Positions 47,997 through 58,882 of a DNA stretch of 64,000 bases are shown one piece after another. The translations under genes were made by a program, and so were the position numbers. Source of the DNA: an uncultured Nitrososphaerota archaeon (GTDB taxonomy: Archaea; Thermoproteota; Nitrososphaeria; Nitrososphaerales; Gagatemarchaeaceae); contig CAVRAG010000008.1 in NCBI GenBank assembly GCA_963718895.1, positions 1,280,001-1,344,000 of the forward strand, given 5' to 3'. The notes under the pieces are model-generated. The model did no database searches. It was not told where the DNA came from and worked only from the letters and a program-made list of their open reading frames with translations. The first letter of the stretch is position 1. Each line of letters opens with the position of its first letter.

Positions 47997-49353
47997 CTAG
48001 CTGGACAGGGGGATTATCATTTCGGCGTAGTTGTCGCAGAGGACGAGCACTTCGTTGTCCGCGGGGTCGAAGATCGAGGCGACTGGGAAATCGCTCGTAG
48101 CGCTGGATGTGATGATGGCGAGGTGAATCGTCTGGATCAAGCTCGCGGTGCTGGACACGATGTACGCGTACTGCCCCGGGCCCGATACGTAGACATCCTG
48201 GTTCGCGGAGTCGTAGGTCAGGCACGCAACGTCATAGCATCCGCTCTGGGTACAGTCGGCGGGGAGAATCTACGCTCCCGACTACCGTGTTGGTGGAGCT
48301 GCTTATCTCGGTAACGACGTTGGGACCAGTTGTACCCGGGTCGGTCCCCACGAACACATTGTTGTTGCTGGAGTCTAAGACCAATGCCCCCCCACTCTCC
48401 GTCCCGGGAAAGCCAATCCCACTCACCACGATTTCAGAGACGACTTGGTTGGAGGTATTGATGACGTACACCTCGGCCGTCTGTACTCCTGATACGAAGG
48501 CCGTGACTGTGACGTAGACGTCCTGGTTCGCGGGGTCGTAGACGGCGTTGCCCGCCTCACCCTGGATGGTGGTGATGAGAGAGTTGGTGACTCCGTTGAT
48601 GACCGTTATCCCGTACGGGTAGGTCGAATCGATGACGTATAGGTCCTTGTTCGCAGGGTCGTAGGTGATCCACATGGGCTGTTGTCCTGAAGCTATCGTC
48701 GCGACGACACCGTTGGTCGCGCTGCTGATCACCGAGACGGTGTTAGAGTCGTAGTTCGAGGCATAGACGTCCTGGCTCGCCGGGTCGTACGCCAAAATCC
48801 AAGGCCCTGAGCCCGCGGTTACTGTTGTGACCACGCTATCAGTCGTGGGATTGACCACAGCGACATAGCCGGGGTTGGTGCAGGAGACGTAGAGGTAGCC
48901 GTTCGCGGGGTCGTAGGCGAGATACTCCGGGTCGTTGCTCCCCCCTGTGCAGACGGGGAAGGTCTTGGACCAATTAGACCCGTTGATAGCGGTCACACCC
49001 TCCAGGTTGTTGAAGTAGGGGCTGTTCGCGTCGGCGACGTACACTAGTTTGTTTGAGGGATCATACGCCGCCTGGTTGGGTTGCAAAGGCCCAACGAGGA
49101 TGGGGGCGAACTGCGAGATCGGACCGGCACTGCTGGAAGTAGAGGTTGTCGTGGTCGTGCTGGATGTCGTTGACGTAGTCGATGTCGTGGAGGAGGTCGA
49201 GGACGAACTGGAGGTTCGGCGTGCCTGCCCGATGCCTGAACCTGTCTGACCGAATGAAACCTGGGCGACAAGTATTCCGATCATCAGGACGGCAATTATC
49301 GCGGTTGAGGCGGCCATTCCCCTTCGATTCTTGTTAGCCATCATAACGAGCAA
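47997..49353 (-). CDS. Secreted YncE/YVTN beta-propeller protein, frameshifted near 48270
   Basis: Repeated AYDPAN..LYV and VSVI motifs; these repeats continue in the +1 frame to TAG at 47997. Confidence 0.8.
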
Positions 49354-49524
49354 TACGAAGGAGCCGGCCCAAATTATTTATTCTTATTTCAAGATTCGTT
49401 CCAATTTGTTATGAATGTCAGAATGGTCGGCCGCAGCAGGCTCCCTCACGGGCTCTCGCGCGTAACAATCCTCCTATCGGGTTAAGTAACATCACCTGTT
49501 TCTAAGTGGGGTGCCGGTGGGGAT

Positions 49525-51358
49525 TTGGCGAACGAGTCTGCCGAACGCACAGAGGTGCTGACAGACCAGAGGCTAGTCATGGACAGGGCTCTCCGCATCT
49601 TTTCAAACGCAAAGGAAGGGCTTGACATACTTGCGGAGACGATGGCTCCGCCGCAATCAGACCAGTCTCAAGATGTTAAGAACGCGGCCGAGGCATACTT
49701 CGACATAAAGAAGCGGGGAGGGCACCTGCGGATACTCACCAAGATTGACGAGAAGAACGTTGCGTACTGTAAGGAGCTAATGAAGAGCCTAGAACTTCGC
49801 CATTTTGACGACGTAAAGGGTAGCCTTGCCATCAGCGAGAGCGAGTACATGTCGTCCCCGGGGAGTACAACATTTCAGCCTAATGCCATGGTCACGGTCA
49901 TCTATAGCAATGCCAGACCTCTGGTCGAACAGAACAGAGTCAACTTCGAAAGGCTCTGGAATATATCTACGTCTGCAGAGGAAAGAATCAAGGAAATTGA
50001 GGAAGGGGTCATTCAGCCCAAGATTGAGATACTACGCGACCCCTACCAGATTCAAAGGCTGTATGTCGACCTGGTCAGGCAAGCCAAAGAAGAGATTCTG
50101 ATAATCTTGCCGACTTCCAACGCATTCCGTCGCGACGAGAGAGTCGGGGTGATCGAGGCCCTGCAGGCCGCTGCATCAGAACGAGGGGTAAAGGCCAGCA
50201 TAGTCGCTCCAGATTCCTTGATTGGGGAGACTCTTGGAGCGTTGAACAGAAAGATCGACGCAAAGGTCGGCGAGAAGACTGGTAAACCACAGGCGTATCC
50301 TTGAAGCCACCACTCCGAATACTGTGGCTGTCCTCGTGGTCGACAGGAATGCCTCTCTCGTCATCGAGCAGAAGGACGATTCGCAACCGGATTTTGTTAA
50401 GGCAGTAGGCGTCGCCACCTACTCGACCAGGAACTCCACTGTGCTGGCAAACATTCGGTTCTTCGAGAGGATGTGGGAGGAGGTTGAACTCAGAGAGAGG
50501 GAAGAGGTTGTCCTGGAAAGGGAGAGACGCGCCAGAAAAGCAGCGGAGCTGTTGCAGGACATCCTGGCGCACGACATCAGGAACTATAACCAGATTTCCC
50601 TGACCAACGCCGAGCTGCTCAGGGGTAACCTTGAAGGCAGCGCCGAGGTAATGAGCAAGGCCACTACGCTCATCGACTCTGTCATCGATGAAACGGGCCT
50701 GTCCAGCGAGCTCACCGCGGTGGCACAGAAGCTGGGAAGGGATCTGAGCGGGAATATCAAGGTCCTGAGCGACGCAGATGCTCTCGTCGATAGCATCATC
50801 AGCGCCATAAAAGGCTCCAGCAACCTGATCGATAGAGCGAAGAAATTGGGAAGGATAATCTCCCAAGCCGAAATCGAGCTCCATCCTGTCGACCTCGAAG
50901 AATCGCTGCAAACATCGGTGGCCCTGATAATAAAGTCCCATCCTCAAAGGTCAATAAATCTCTCCGCCTCTGTGAAGTCGGGGGCACGTGTGCTCGCGGA
51001 CAACCTGTTGGAGGAAGCGTTCACGAACATACTGTCCAACTCGGTCAACTACACCGAGACGGATGAGGTCCCCGTTGAGGTCCAAGTGGAAGAAACCGAA
51101 GAAGCGATCCTTGATGCAAAAGGGGCGCCCTGCTGGAGGATTACGTTCACAGACCACGGAAGGGGCATACCGGACAAGGTTAAGGATAAGATATTCACGC
51201 GCTATCTTAACACCGCAACTGGAGCGGGCCTCGGGCTCTCGATAGTCTACGCGCTCGTAGTGGACAGGTATTCTGGGAAGGTGGCGATCACGGACAGGGT
51301 GAAAGGAGACTTCACGAAAGGGACGAAGGTGGAAGTGTGGTTACCGAAGGCGTCTTGA
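49525..51358 (+). CDS. Sensor histidine kinase with TrmB-like sensory domains, frameshifted near 50278
   Basis: LAHDIRN H-box, N-box NILSNSVNY, DHGRGI, GAGLGL; the two tracked ORFs join by a 1-nt shift. Confidence 0.85.
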
Positions 51359-51435
51359 CCGTTCGACAGGTCTACCTGTCGAGTTTCGTCACCTCGACAA
51401 GGTCGGCCGGAGATTCTTCGGGAGAATCGAATCTG

Positions 51436-51849
51436 ATGGGACTGAACACCCATCCTTCGAACGACCAACAGGAGATAGGCGAGCAGAGCGTCAAGAGCAT
51501 AGCGATAGTCGATGATGAGGAGGAGCTGTGCTCGCTGCTAGCAATGTTGGTCAAGAGCCTAGGATACCACGCGGCGTGTGTTGCCTTTGACGGGGATGAG
51601 ATTGTTCAGCTTGTGCTGGATGATAGCATCCATCCGGATCTGATACTCATGGACTACCGCATGCCTACGATGAACGGCATGCAGGCGGCTGAAAGGATTC
51701 TGCGCGCCAAGCCCGAGATGAAGATAATCATCGCCACAGCCGACGACTCGGTCAGACAAGATGCGACTTCTGCAGGACTCTTCTTCATACAGAAGCCTTT
51801 CTCGACATCGGCGCTCGCCAAGACTATAGAAGAGGCACTAGGCGATTGA
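51436..51849 (+). CDS. Single-domain response regulator
   Basis: IVDDE, DLILMDYRMP.MNG, TAD, KPF. Confidence 0.92.
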   Translation: MGLNTHPSNDQQEIGEQSVKSIAIVDDEEELCSLLAMLVKSLGYHAACVAFDGDEIVQLVLDDSIHPDLILMDYRMPTMNGMQAAERILRAKPEMKIIIATADDSVRQDATSAGLFFIQKPFSTSALAKTIEEALGD

Positions 51850-52088
51850 TAGTGAACTGACTTGACATTGGAAAACGGCTCGTTAGGATCCCGTCCTGAT
51901 CTTCCAGCAGGGATGGACAAGGAAGTTTTGCAAGAAGATTAGCCCCCCAGAAGACATGGCTCGGCAGTCGGCCGCGGTTGAACCGATGCTCCTGGCACCA
52001 TTTCGGTTGAACTTGAAGCTTGGCCGCTGCTTGAAAAGCACTGGCAATCTACGCTTCCAGTTGCCGGCAAGCTGCCTCATCTTTATAA

Positions 52089-52577
52089 TTGAACAAGCAT
52101 ATCATTTTGGTGAGGAACACGGCCAAGTCACAGTCACCCAAGCCTAATCCCGCACTCAAGCCTCTTGAGGTCCTTGTTGGAGATTGGGACATGGAGTTGT
52201 CAGAAGCTTCATTTCTTCCAGGCCCACGATCCAAAGTGCATGGTCCCGCATCTCTCAAGTGGATTGAGAACGGTGCGTTTCTGGTCATGTATCAAGGGGA
52301 GAAGCAAGCTCCGCAGGCGATATGGCTGATGAGCCGTGACGAATCAACCGCGCCATTCAAAGTCCTCTACTTTGATGCCCGAAGGGTCTCAAGAGTATAT
52401 GAGATGAGCTTCAACAACGGCGTCTGGAAGATGTGGCGGAATGCTCCAGGTTTCTCACAACGCTTCAAGGGTGTTCTCGGGAAGAGCGGCAATACAATAG
52501 TCGCGGAGTGGGAAAAGTCAAATGACGGACGGAAATGGGAACACGACTTCAACGTAAGGTACACCAAAAGAGAATAG
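52089..52577 (+). CDS. Hypothetical beta-barrel protein (DUF1579-like)
   Basis: L..LVG.W, YFD.R.VSRVY, FSQRF.G, WEKS.DG..WEHDF. Confidence 0.65.
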   Translation: MNKHIILVRNTAKSQSPKPNPALKPLEVLVGDWDMELSEASFLPGPRSKVHGPASLKWIENGAFLVMYQGEKQAPQAIWLMSRDESTAPFKVLYFDARRVSRVYEMSFNNGVWKMWRNAPGFSQRFKGVLGKSGNTIVAEWEKSNDGRKWEHDFNVRYTKRE

Positions 52578-52658
52578 ACATCAGTTTCACAGAACCATCC
52601 TGGCCAGATTTTAAGTTGGAGTGGAGACTTAAGTAGCCAACTCCGTTCAAATGCACGC

Positions 52659-53360
52659 TTGACAAGATTCGTACTAGTTCCAGGAGCTTGGCTGGGGGCT
52701 TGGGCCTGGAAGGAAGTGACTCCAATTCTCGAGAAGAAGGGCGACCAGGCCTACCCAGTCACATTGACTGGAATGGGCGAAAGGGTTCATCTTGCCACAT
52801 ATGATGTTGGCATGGAGACCGCAATCCAGGATGTCCTTAATGTAATCAAGTACAACAATCTCGACGATTTTGTACTGTTGGGGCACAGTTTCGCCGGTAA
52901 GGTGGCGGCTGCAGTGGCAGACCGCGCCCACGATAAAGTACAGAAGGTCATCTATGTCGATGCATTCCGGCCGGAGATCGTGAAGGACCCCCAGGGTGGA
53001 TTCGACCCGACCCGTGAGTTCGGGCCCCCGCCTCAAGGTGGCAATGGGATTCCCCTCACCGAGAAGATCGTAGACCGCATTGGGAAGGACGTTGTAGGCT
53101 CGAAGCGGAAATGGATGATGTCATTGGCGACACCCTGGCCAATCAAACTTGCGAAAGACCCAATCACTCTGTCAGAGAACTATGACCCGAGGAAGGAAGC
53201 GTATGTCTTTTGCAATCTAAGCGGCGACCCAGTGGACGAAATCATCTCCGGGAAGTGGGGAAAGCTCAATGGTCCATACAAGGTCATAGAGGCGGGCCAT
53301 TGGCCGATGATTACGAAACCTGAGGAGCTGGCAGAGGATCTTGTGTCCTTAGCCAACTGA
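52659..53360 (+). CDS. Alpha/beta hydrolase (esterase)
   Basis: FVLVPGAWLGAWAW, GHSFAG, GHWPM. Confidence 0.9.
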   Translation: MTRFVLVPGAWLGAWAWKEVTPILEKKGDQAYPVTLTGMGERVHLATYDVGMETAIQDVLNVIKYNNLDDFVLLGHSFAGKVAAAVADRAHDKVQKVIYVDAFRPEIVKDPQGGFDPTREFGPPPQGGNGIPLTEKIVDRIGKDVVGSKRKWMMSLATPWPIKLAKDPITLSENYDPRKEAYVFCNLSGDPVDEIISGKWGKLNGPYKVIEAGHWPMITKPEELAEDLVSLAN

Positions 53361-53421
53361 CGCGCTCCCGAAGCCCACGCGACGAAATTGCCAGAGCGCT
53401 CAGATTCAGGCTAGTTTGTAT

Positions 53422-53460
53422 GGTGCGGGGGGTGAGAATTTATCCCTTCGGGTTCGAATC
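53422..53460 (-). repeat. att-like site S5 (attR of the Leu island)
   Basis: Minus strand GATTCGAACC-CGAAG-GGATAAATTCT-CACCCCCCGCACC. Confidence 0.85.
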
Positions 53461-54287
53461 GGCATCCGGCCTTGACTGTCACAACCTCGAAGCAGCGTGA
53501 GCATCTCTAAACGACCGCAAAAATGCATATTCTGAGGCGGTCGGAATAGTTGCTCGACTCCAATTCATTAAGACAGCCCACTTTTGTCACTAACCGTCGT
53601 GTCCGCATACATTTCAGTAATGTCGCCCTTCGGTAATGAAGTTCAGTTAGCAGGTCCCAGAGTATATTGCGGTGAATGTTTGGTCGCTTTGAGTTGCTGT
53701 GACCGTCCTCTCAGGATTAGTACTTCCTGTATCTTGCCATTTCTCGAAGGTACAAGAGCCATAGTTATGCGAGTCCACAGTGTAGCTATAGCCTGAAGTA
53801 AGGCCAGTGAAGGTCACTGGCGTATATCCTGATTGTACTACGACCCCACCATAGTAAAGAGTGGTGTAGTATCCTGTGATCGGGTCGCCGCTCGTATTTA
53901 CCGAATTTACTGTGATGCCCGAACAATCGTATACTGCAGTATACAGCTGTGGGTCTTCAGTTGCTACAACCGTGAGTGGATTGCTTGCACTTCCACCAAC
54001 CCAGTTTTCGAAAACACAACTTCCGTAATTGTCAGCTTGGAGTGTGTATATGTTCAAACCCGTGACGAAGAATTGCGGTGTGAATCCAGTTGATACTATG
54101 GTCCCACTCTGGCGGAGAACGACATAATATCCCGTAATTGGAGTCCCAGCCACATTCTGGGAGTTCACTAGAATATTCGAGTACGAAAAGAGTTGATACT
54201 GCTTACCTGAAGCTGCGTAAAGAGGTGAGTACCCCATGTTAGAGGCTTCACCTGTAGATACTCCGTTATAGCAAGTGGATGATCCTC

Positions 54288-55323
54288 AGGTGTGTCGAAT
54301 AACTAACTCCTCTGTCAACCTTCTTTCATTCGTTCCCTGATGGGATTGAGAAGATCTCGCTCTCTCGTGCCCGAGAAGAAGAAGCGGAACTGGAAGGAGT
54401 ACAACGAGTCGCTGGTGAGGAGGGGAGAACTCCTCTTCGATACCGATTTTTTATCTGGTTGGAGCAGAGAACTAGAGAGTCTCAACGAGGAGAAGGAAGG
54501 AGCGAGGTATCGCTATCCAGACTCGTTAATGAGTATGCTCGCAGCCATCCACGTGTACCTGCTCCCGTACAGGGAGCTGGAAGGGTTCCTCAGGATGTTC
54601 TCGGGGCACGTAGAAGGGTTGAGAGTCCCAGACTACACCACGATGTGGTGGAGGATATCAAGGGTGAAGGTGGAGCTCGACCCAAGTGTGGATCCAAAGG
54701 AAGACGTGACCATAGCGGTTGACTCGACTGGCATCAAGGTCTCCAACCACGGGGACTGGATGAGGCACGTCTGGAAGGTGAAGCGGCCCTTCATCAAGGT
54801 ACATCTCGCAGTGGACGTCAGGACCGGGAAGATACTGTCGATGGAGGTGACGAAGGAAGAGGTAAGAGACGCAGAGATGCTCGTCCCGCTGGTCGAGCGA
54901 GCGTCCTCGAGCGCGAAGGTGGCGAGGCTGATGGGCGACGGGGGATACGATTCGAGAGCCAACTTCAGGTACCTCCACGATAACGGGATTGAGCCCGTCA
55001 TCAAGGTAAGGAAAAATGCCTCGTCGCACGCACACGGGTGCATGCCGAGGAAGCTCGTCGCGATGGAGCAGCTGAGAGACTACGAGAGATGGAAGACGAG
55101 GCACGGGTACGGCCAGAGAGCGAGGGTCGAGTCGGCGATATCGTCGTTCAAGAGGACGTTCGGGGAGCACGTAACCTCGGTGAGGTGGAGGAGCGTGGTC
55201 AACGAGCTGCTCGTCAAGGCGTCGGTCTACAACCTGTTCGTCGGGAAGAACCTGTAGCAATGGCTAGGAGTCGGCGAAACCACGAGCAAGAAGTGACGCA
55301 CCGTCAAGTTATTCGACACACCT
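54288..55323 (+). mobile_element. IS5-family (IS903/ISH1-like) insertion sequence
   Basis: Perfect 17-bp TIR AGGTGTGTCGAATAACT; near-perfect 9-bp target duplication ATGATCCTC / ATGATCACTC. Confidence 0.93.
54340..55257 (+). CDS. IS5-family DDE transposase
   Basis: RNWKEYNESLVRRG, PDYTT, AVDSTG, KVHLAVD, GDGGYD, YGQRARVES. Confidence 0.95.
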   Translation: MGLRRSRSLVPEKKKRNWKEYNESLVRRGELLFDTDFLSGWSRELESLNEEKEGARYRYPDSLMSMLAAIHVYLLPYRELEGFLRMFSGHVEGLRVPDYTTMWWRISRVKVELDPSVDPKEDVTIAVDSTGIKVSNHGDWMRHVWKVKRPFIKVHLAVDVRTGKILSMEVTKEEVRDAEMLVPLVERASSSAKVARLMGDGGYDSRANFRYLHDNGIEPVIKVRKNASSHAHGCMPRKLVAMEQLRDYERWKTRHGYGQRARVESAISSFKRTFGEHVTSVRWRSVVNELLVKASVYNLFVGKNL

Positions 55324-56070
55324 ATGATCACTCCCAAAGCATATTGAGTGATGGAGTATCCACTAGGATAGGTAAACTCACCGTTACCTCCGATAAAAGT
55401 CACATTGGAATCACCCGACCCGACCAATGCCGCAGCTTTAGTGGCATATTGGAATACCTGGGCTACAATCGCGTTTGTTTGTGACACTAGCTGTTCATAG
55501 TTTCCGCCGGTAAGAATTGGCACATATTTTGCATATACGGAGTCATTATCGGCATAATTGGCGTTGCTGGTATAAATGAAGTACTTGGCTCCTATGGCCT
55601 GATTTTCCGCGTTCAGTACCACTTGTATCCTATTCACGTATCCACCGAGACCGATGTAATAGTCCACGTTCGCTTGAGCATTATCGTAAAAGTGGTTATA
55701 TGGAATCTGAAGGTCTATGCCGGTCTGACTGCCATTATCAGTGGGGTGCATTACGAACTGATACCAGTCATAGTAAGAAGCGGTCGATGCTGTACCAGCG
55801 TTAAGCTGCCATCCCCAACTATCAGCATTCGCATAGCCTGTGTACTGCGCGTAACTTTCAGACAGTATGGTCTGATTTACGAACATTGTTACGGTTGGGT
55901 CAATCGGAGGGCAAGTAGAATTGGCAGCCATGACCAGGGTATCGCCTCCCTTGTACGGGCCTAGGTAAGACGCGCCGGCACTAGACAGTCCACCAAGACC
56001 TGTTAGAATAAGAAGAATCATTGCCAAAGCCGAATAAATTCCGCGGCATGTAATCATTTTCAAGAACCTT

Positions 56071-56934
56071 CTAAGCTGGATTAATCGTCTCACAGATGAT
56101 CGAACTCTCGAATGAGAAAGTTAATCCGGCTTGGGGTAGAGCATCAGGAAGAGCCGTATACGAGCCAGATGCCTCGTAAGTGTTAGGGAGCTGAAACGAA
56201 GACTGTCCGTAAGCCGGGCCAGTTCCCATCGATCGATCTGAAGCCGACCAACCGCTCACCCATAGTGAATGATCCGCGATAAAGGCCACCGAGAAAAGGC
56301 TGTCTTGGGACATGGTCAAATTGTATCCGAGAGCACTGAATCCCGCAATCATCGTATGGTTAGATATCGCGATTATCTGATTGGCGGTTCCATTTGGATC
56401 CTTAGTAAGAGACGTACAATCGTTTGGCTGGCAAAGGTCAGGCAGATTCTCGCTAGTGCTCGTCAATCGGTCATGGTTTGAATCGTAAAGCCCAAGCGTC
56501 AGATTTATGTTGCTGTCATCGGCGAAAACGTAGAAATTAAATTCTCCTGAAATGTAGTTGGAGATGCTCTCCGGATAGACGAAATTGACCCATACTAGCG
56601 TATTTGCCGGAACTAACATACCTGAGGGGCCATTTCCTCCGTTGCCAAACGTAACAACCGCGTGCTCATATTCCGTAGTGGTACTTAGACTGGTCGAAAA
56701 GATGGAAGTTGTAGTAGTAGTTGTAGGGCTTGTTGATGTAATGGAAGTAGACCCAGAGGACGTCGACAGTGTTTGACCCGAAGTCGCCGCGGGACTATTG
56801 GTAGCGACGAAGAATGCGCCTGCTCCCACAGATGCAATGACCAGAATGGAAACAAAAGCGACTGCGGCAGAGATAGCCGCACGACTCGACCTGTACCTGA
56901 TCGAATGCTTCTTGTCGCGCATCTGATGAGCCAA
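56071..56934 (-). CDS. Hypothetical membrane-anchored secreted protein
   Basis: RAAIS.. signal/anchor helix, Ser/Thr linker, globular domain. Confidence 0.7.
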   Translation of the reverse strand: MAHQMRDKKHSIRYRSSRAAISAAVAFVSILVIASVGAGAFFVATNSPAATSGQTLSTSSGSTSITSTSPTTTTTTSIFSTSLSTTTEYEHAVVTFGNGGNGPSGMLVPANTLVWVNFVYPESISNYISGEFNFYVFADDSNINLTLGLYDSNHDRLTSTSENLPDLCQPNDCTSLTKDPNGTANQIIAISNHTMIAGFSALGYNLTMSQDSLFSVAFIADHSLWVSGWSASDRSMGTGPAYGQSSFQLPNTYEASGSYTALPDALPQAGLTFSFESSIICETINPA

Positions 56935-57329
56935 TATCCTCCATTATCCTAATTCTTAGCGGTCAGACATGGTCTTAAGCTCTACGCAGTGATGTTATGT
57001 ATCGTAGTTACATGATACGCCTTTCTGGTCAAGGCCGCCAAACATGTAGAGAGAAGTACTGCTTATCCAACGCCCTATAGCATGTTGCAGCTATGGCGAT
57101 TGATACGAGTATGGCATGTTTCGTGGCTAGCATTGGTCAACTTTTGCGTAAAGGGATGATAGAGCGAACCGCTCTCGATAGTAGAGTTCTCACTCTCGCT
57201 CGCTACGGCGGAATTCACCCCCTGCCCCCTCTTCCGCCTCCGCTCGTTCGACCCTCCGCTAGCGCTCCGGGGTTCGCCCTCCTACCGTCGGGCTCCGTGA
57301 GCCCTCTACTATCGAAGCGGTGAGGGCAC

Positions 57330-58882
57330 TTACGTTCCCTCCCCGACCCTACGGGTCGGCTCCCCTCCCTCCTTCAGGGGGCGTGAGGGGGCTCGGCTTT
57401 GCTCTCGTTTGCTGCGGCTCCTGCTGCTCCAATGGCTTCCTTTAGCTCCGGCAGGGTTGCTATCTTGACTCTCTCCGCGGCGTAGCGCGAGTATCTCCCC
57501 GCTTCCTCGTAGTTCGGCGCCAGGATCGATCATCCGCTTGGCGCTCTTGGAAAGGCGCTCCTGCAAGTCCGCTTTTGAGTGCTTCAAGCCCGTCTCTATC
57601 TCTAAGTCGAACTCTGGCGTCTCTATGTCTGGAACCGACCCGTCGCCTGTGGAATTCGTCTTCGATACGGTCACACCGCTAGCCGTGAGTATGCTCACCG
57701 CCTCCTTCTGCATGTAGTCGTGGATGGGAGAGAGGTTCGGGTCCCTGACATAGTAGAGAACCTTTCCCTTTCCCATCGAGTCGAGGTATCGTATGCGCCC
57801 TATCCCCGTCTGGTGGAGCGGTTCCTTCCTCAGGATATTCAGTATCTCGTTCTCGTAGTCTGTGGTATCGGCCCTCTTCGGCTGGAGGGGAGCGACATTG
57901 GCGGGCTCGTCGTACTGCACCTGCCGCTCTGGAAGCTCGGCCCTGTCCGCCCTGAAGATGGGGACTATGCCACCGTTCCCCACCCGAAAGGTGAGGTCGA
58001 TGAACTGATGCGGTCGAAGCTCCTTCACTATCCAGACGTAGGCGGAATCAATCTTACGTATCGCCTCCAGATCCATCTCTGACGTAGTGTTGAAAGTGAG
58101 TTGGGTAGCGAACTGGTTCCTTAGCGCGCGTCTGGGATATCCGAATAGTTCTGTGTAGCTGTGTAGAGAGCACCGAACTGCCTCACCTGCCTCATCAACG
58201 TGTCAACGATCGTCCTCGCCTCAGTCTCGTAGAGCTGGGTCAGCCTGTGAACCTCGTCTATCACGATGATGGTCTTCTTCTGCTTCTCTTGGACGCTAAT
58301 GCTACTGGTGAGTGAGCTCCATATCTGCCTGAGCGCAATCTCTGCGTAGAACGTCTTCGCGCTCTCGTCGAGATGAGAGAAGTCGAGGACGGCGTCCGTG
58401 GCGAGGTCTACGCTGAAGGAACCTTCCCCAACGACTAGACCCCCAATCTGAGCCTCTATCAGCGCCAGCGCCTCCTTCTGTATGTCCGTGCCCTTCCTCT
58501 CGGCGTGCTTGAGGTTGTCCCTGAACTCGCTCCAGTTCTTACTTTGGCGAGCGGTGCTCTTGACTAACGCCCGGACCTGCGAGAATGTGATTCCTCTTAC
58601 GTTCGCGGGGAAGGCGAGAGCGTTTGCTATCGCGAACGCATCAGCATCCTGGAACGGGTCGGGTATGTGTCTTGAGACGTCTACCACCTGGCACGGCATC
58701 CGAAGGTAAGCGTCGTTTGGCTTGAACGAGAAGACGGTCTTCGGTTCCTTCGCCGAGAGCAGGAGGACGTTCATCAGCTCGCTCTTGTCCATTCCAGAGC
58801 GGCCGCAGATCATCACGGACGGGTTCCCCTTCCGTCCAATGTATTCGTCAAAGTTCACGTAGCAGATTCTTGCCATAATCAA
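57330..58882 (-). pseudogene. HerA/VirB4-like ATPase with C-terminal PD-(D/E)xK-like domain, split by frameshifts
   Basis: Walker A GRSGMDKS (expected GK), Walker B IVIDEVH, ATQ; frame continues (LRNQFATQLTF) after a CG duplication near 58125; PDI...LEIETG; further shift near 57527; end approximate. Confidence 0.7.

Larger units (their letters stand above)
53647..56057 (-). pseudogene. Secreted thermopsin-like protein with two C-terminal Ig-like repeats, interrupted by IS
   Basis: SWGWQLN..WYQF motifs before the IS; frame resumes GSSTCYNGVSTGEASNMGY after it; repeats GYTPVTF..DNYGSC.F..W. Confidence 0.6.
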
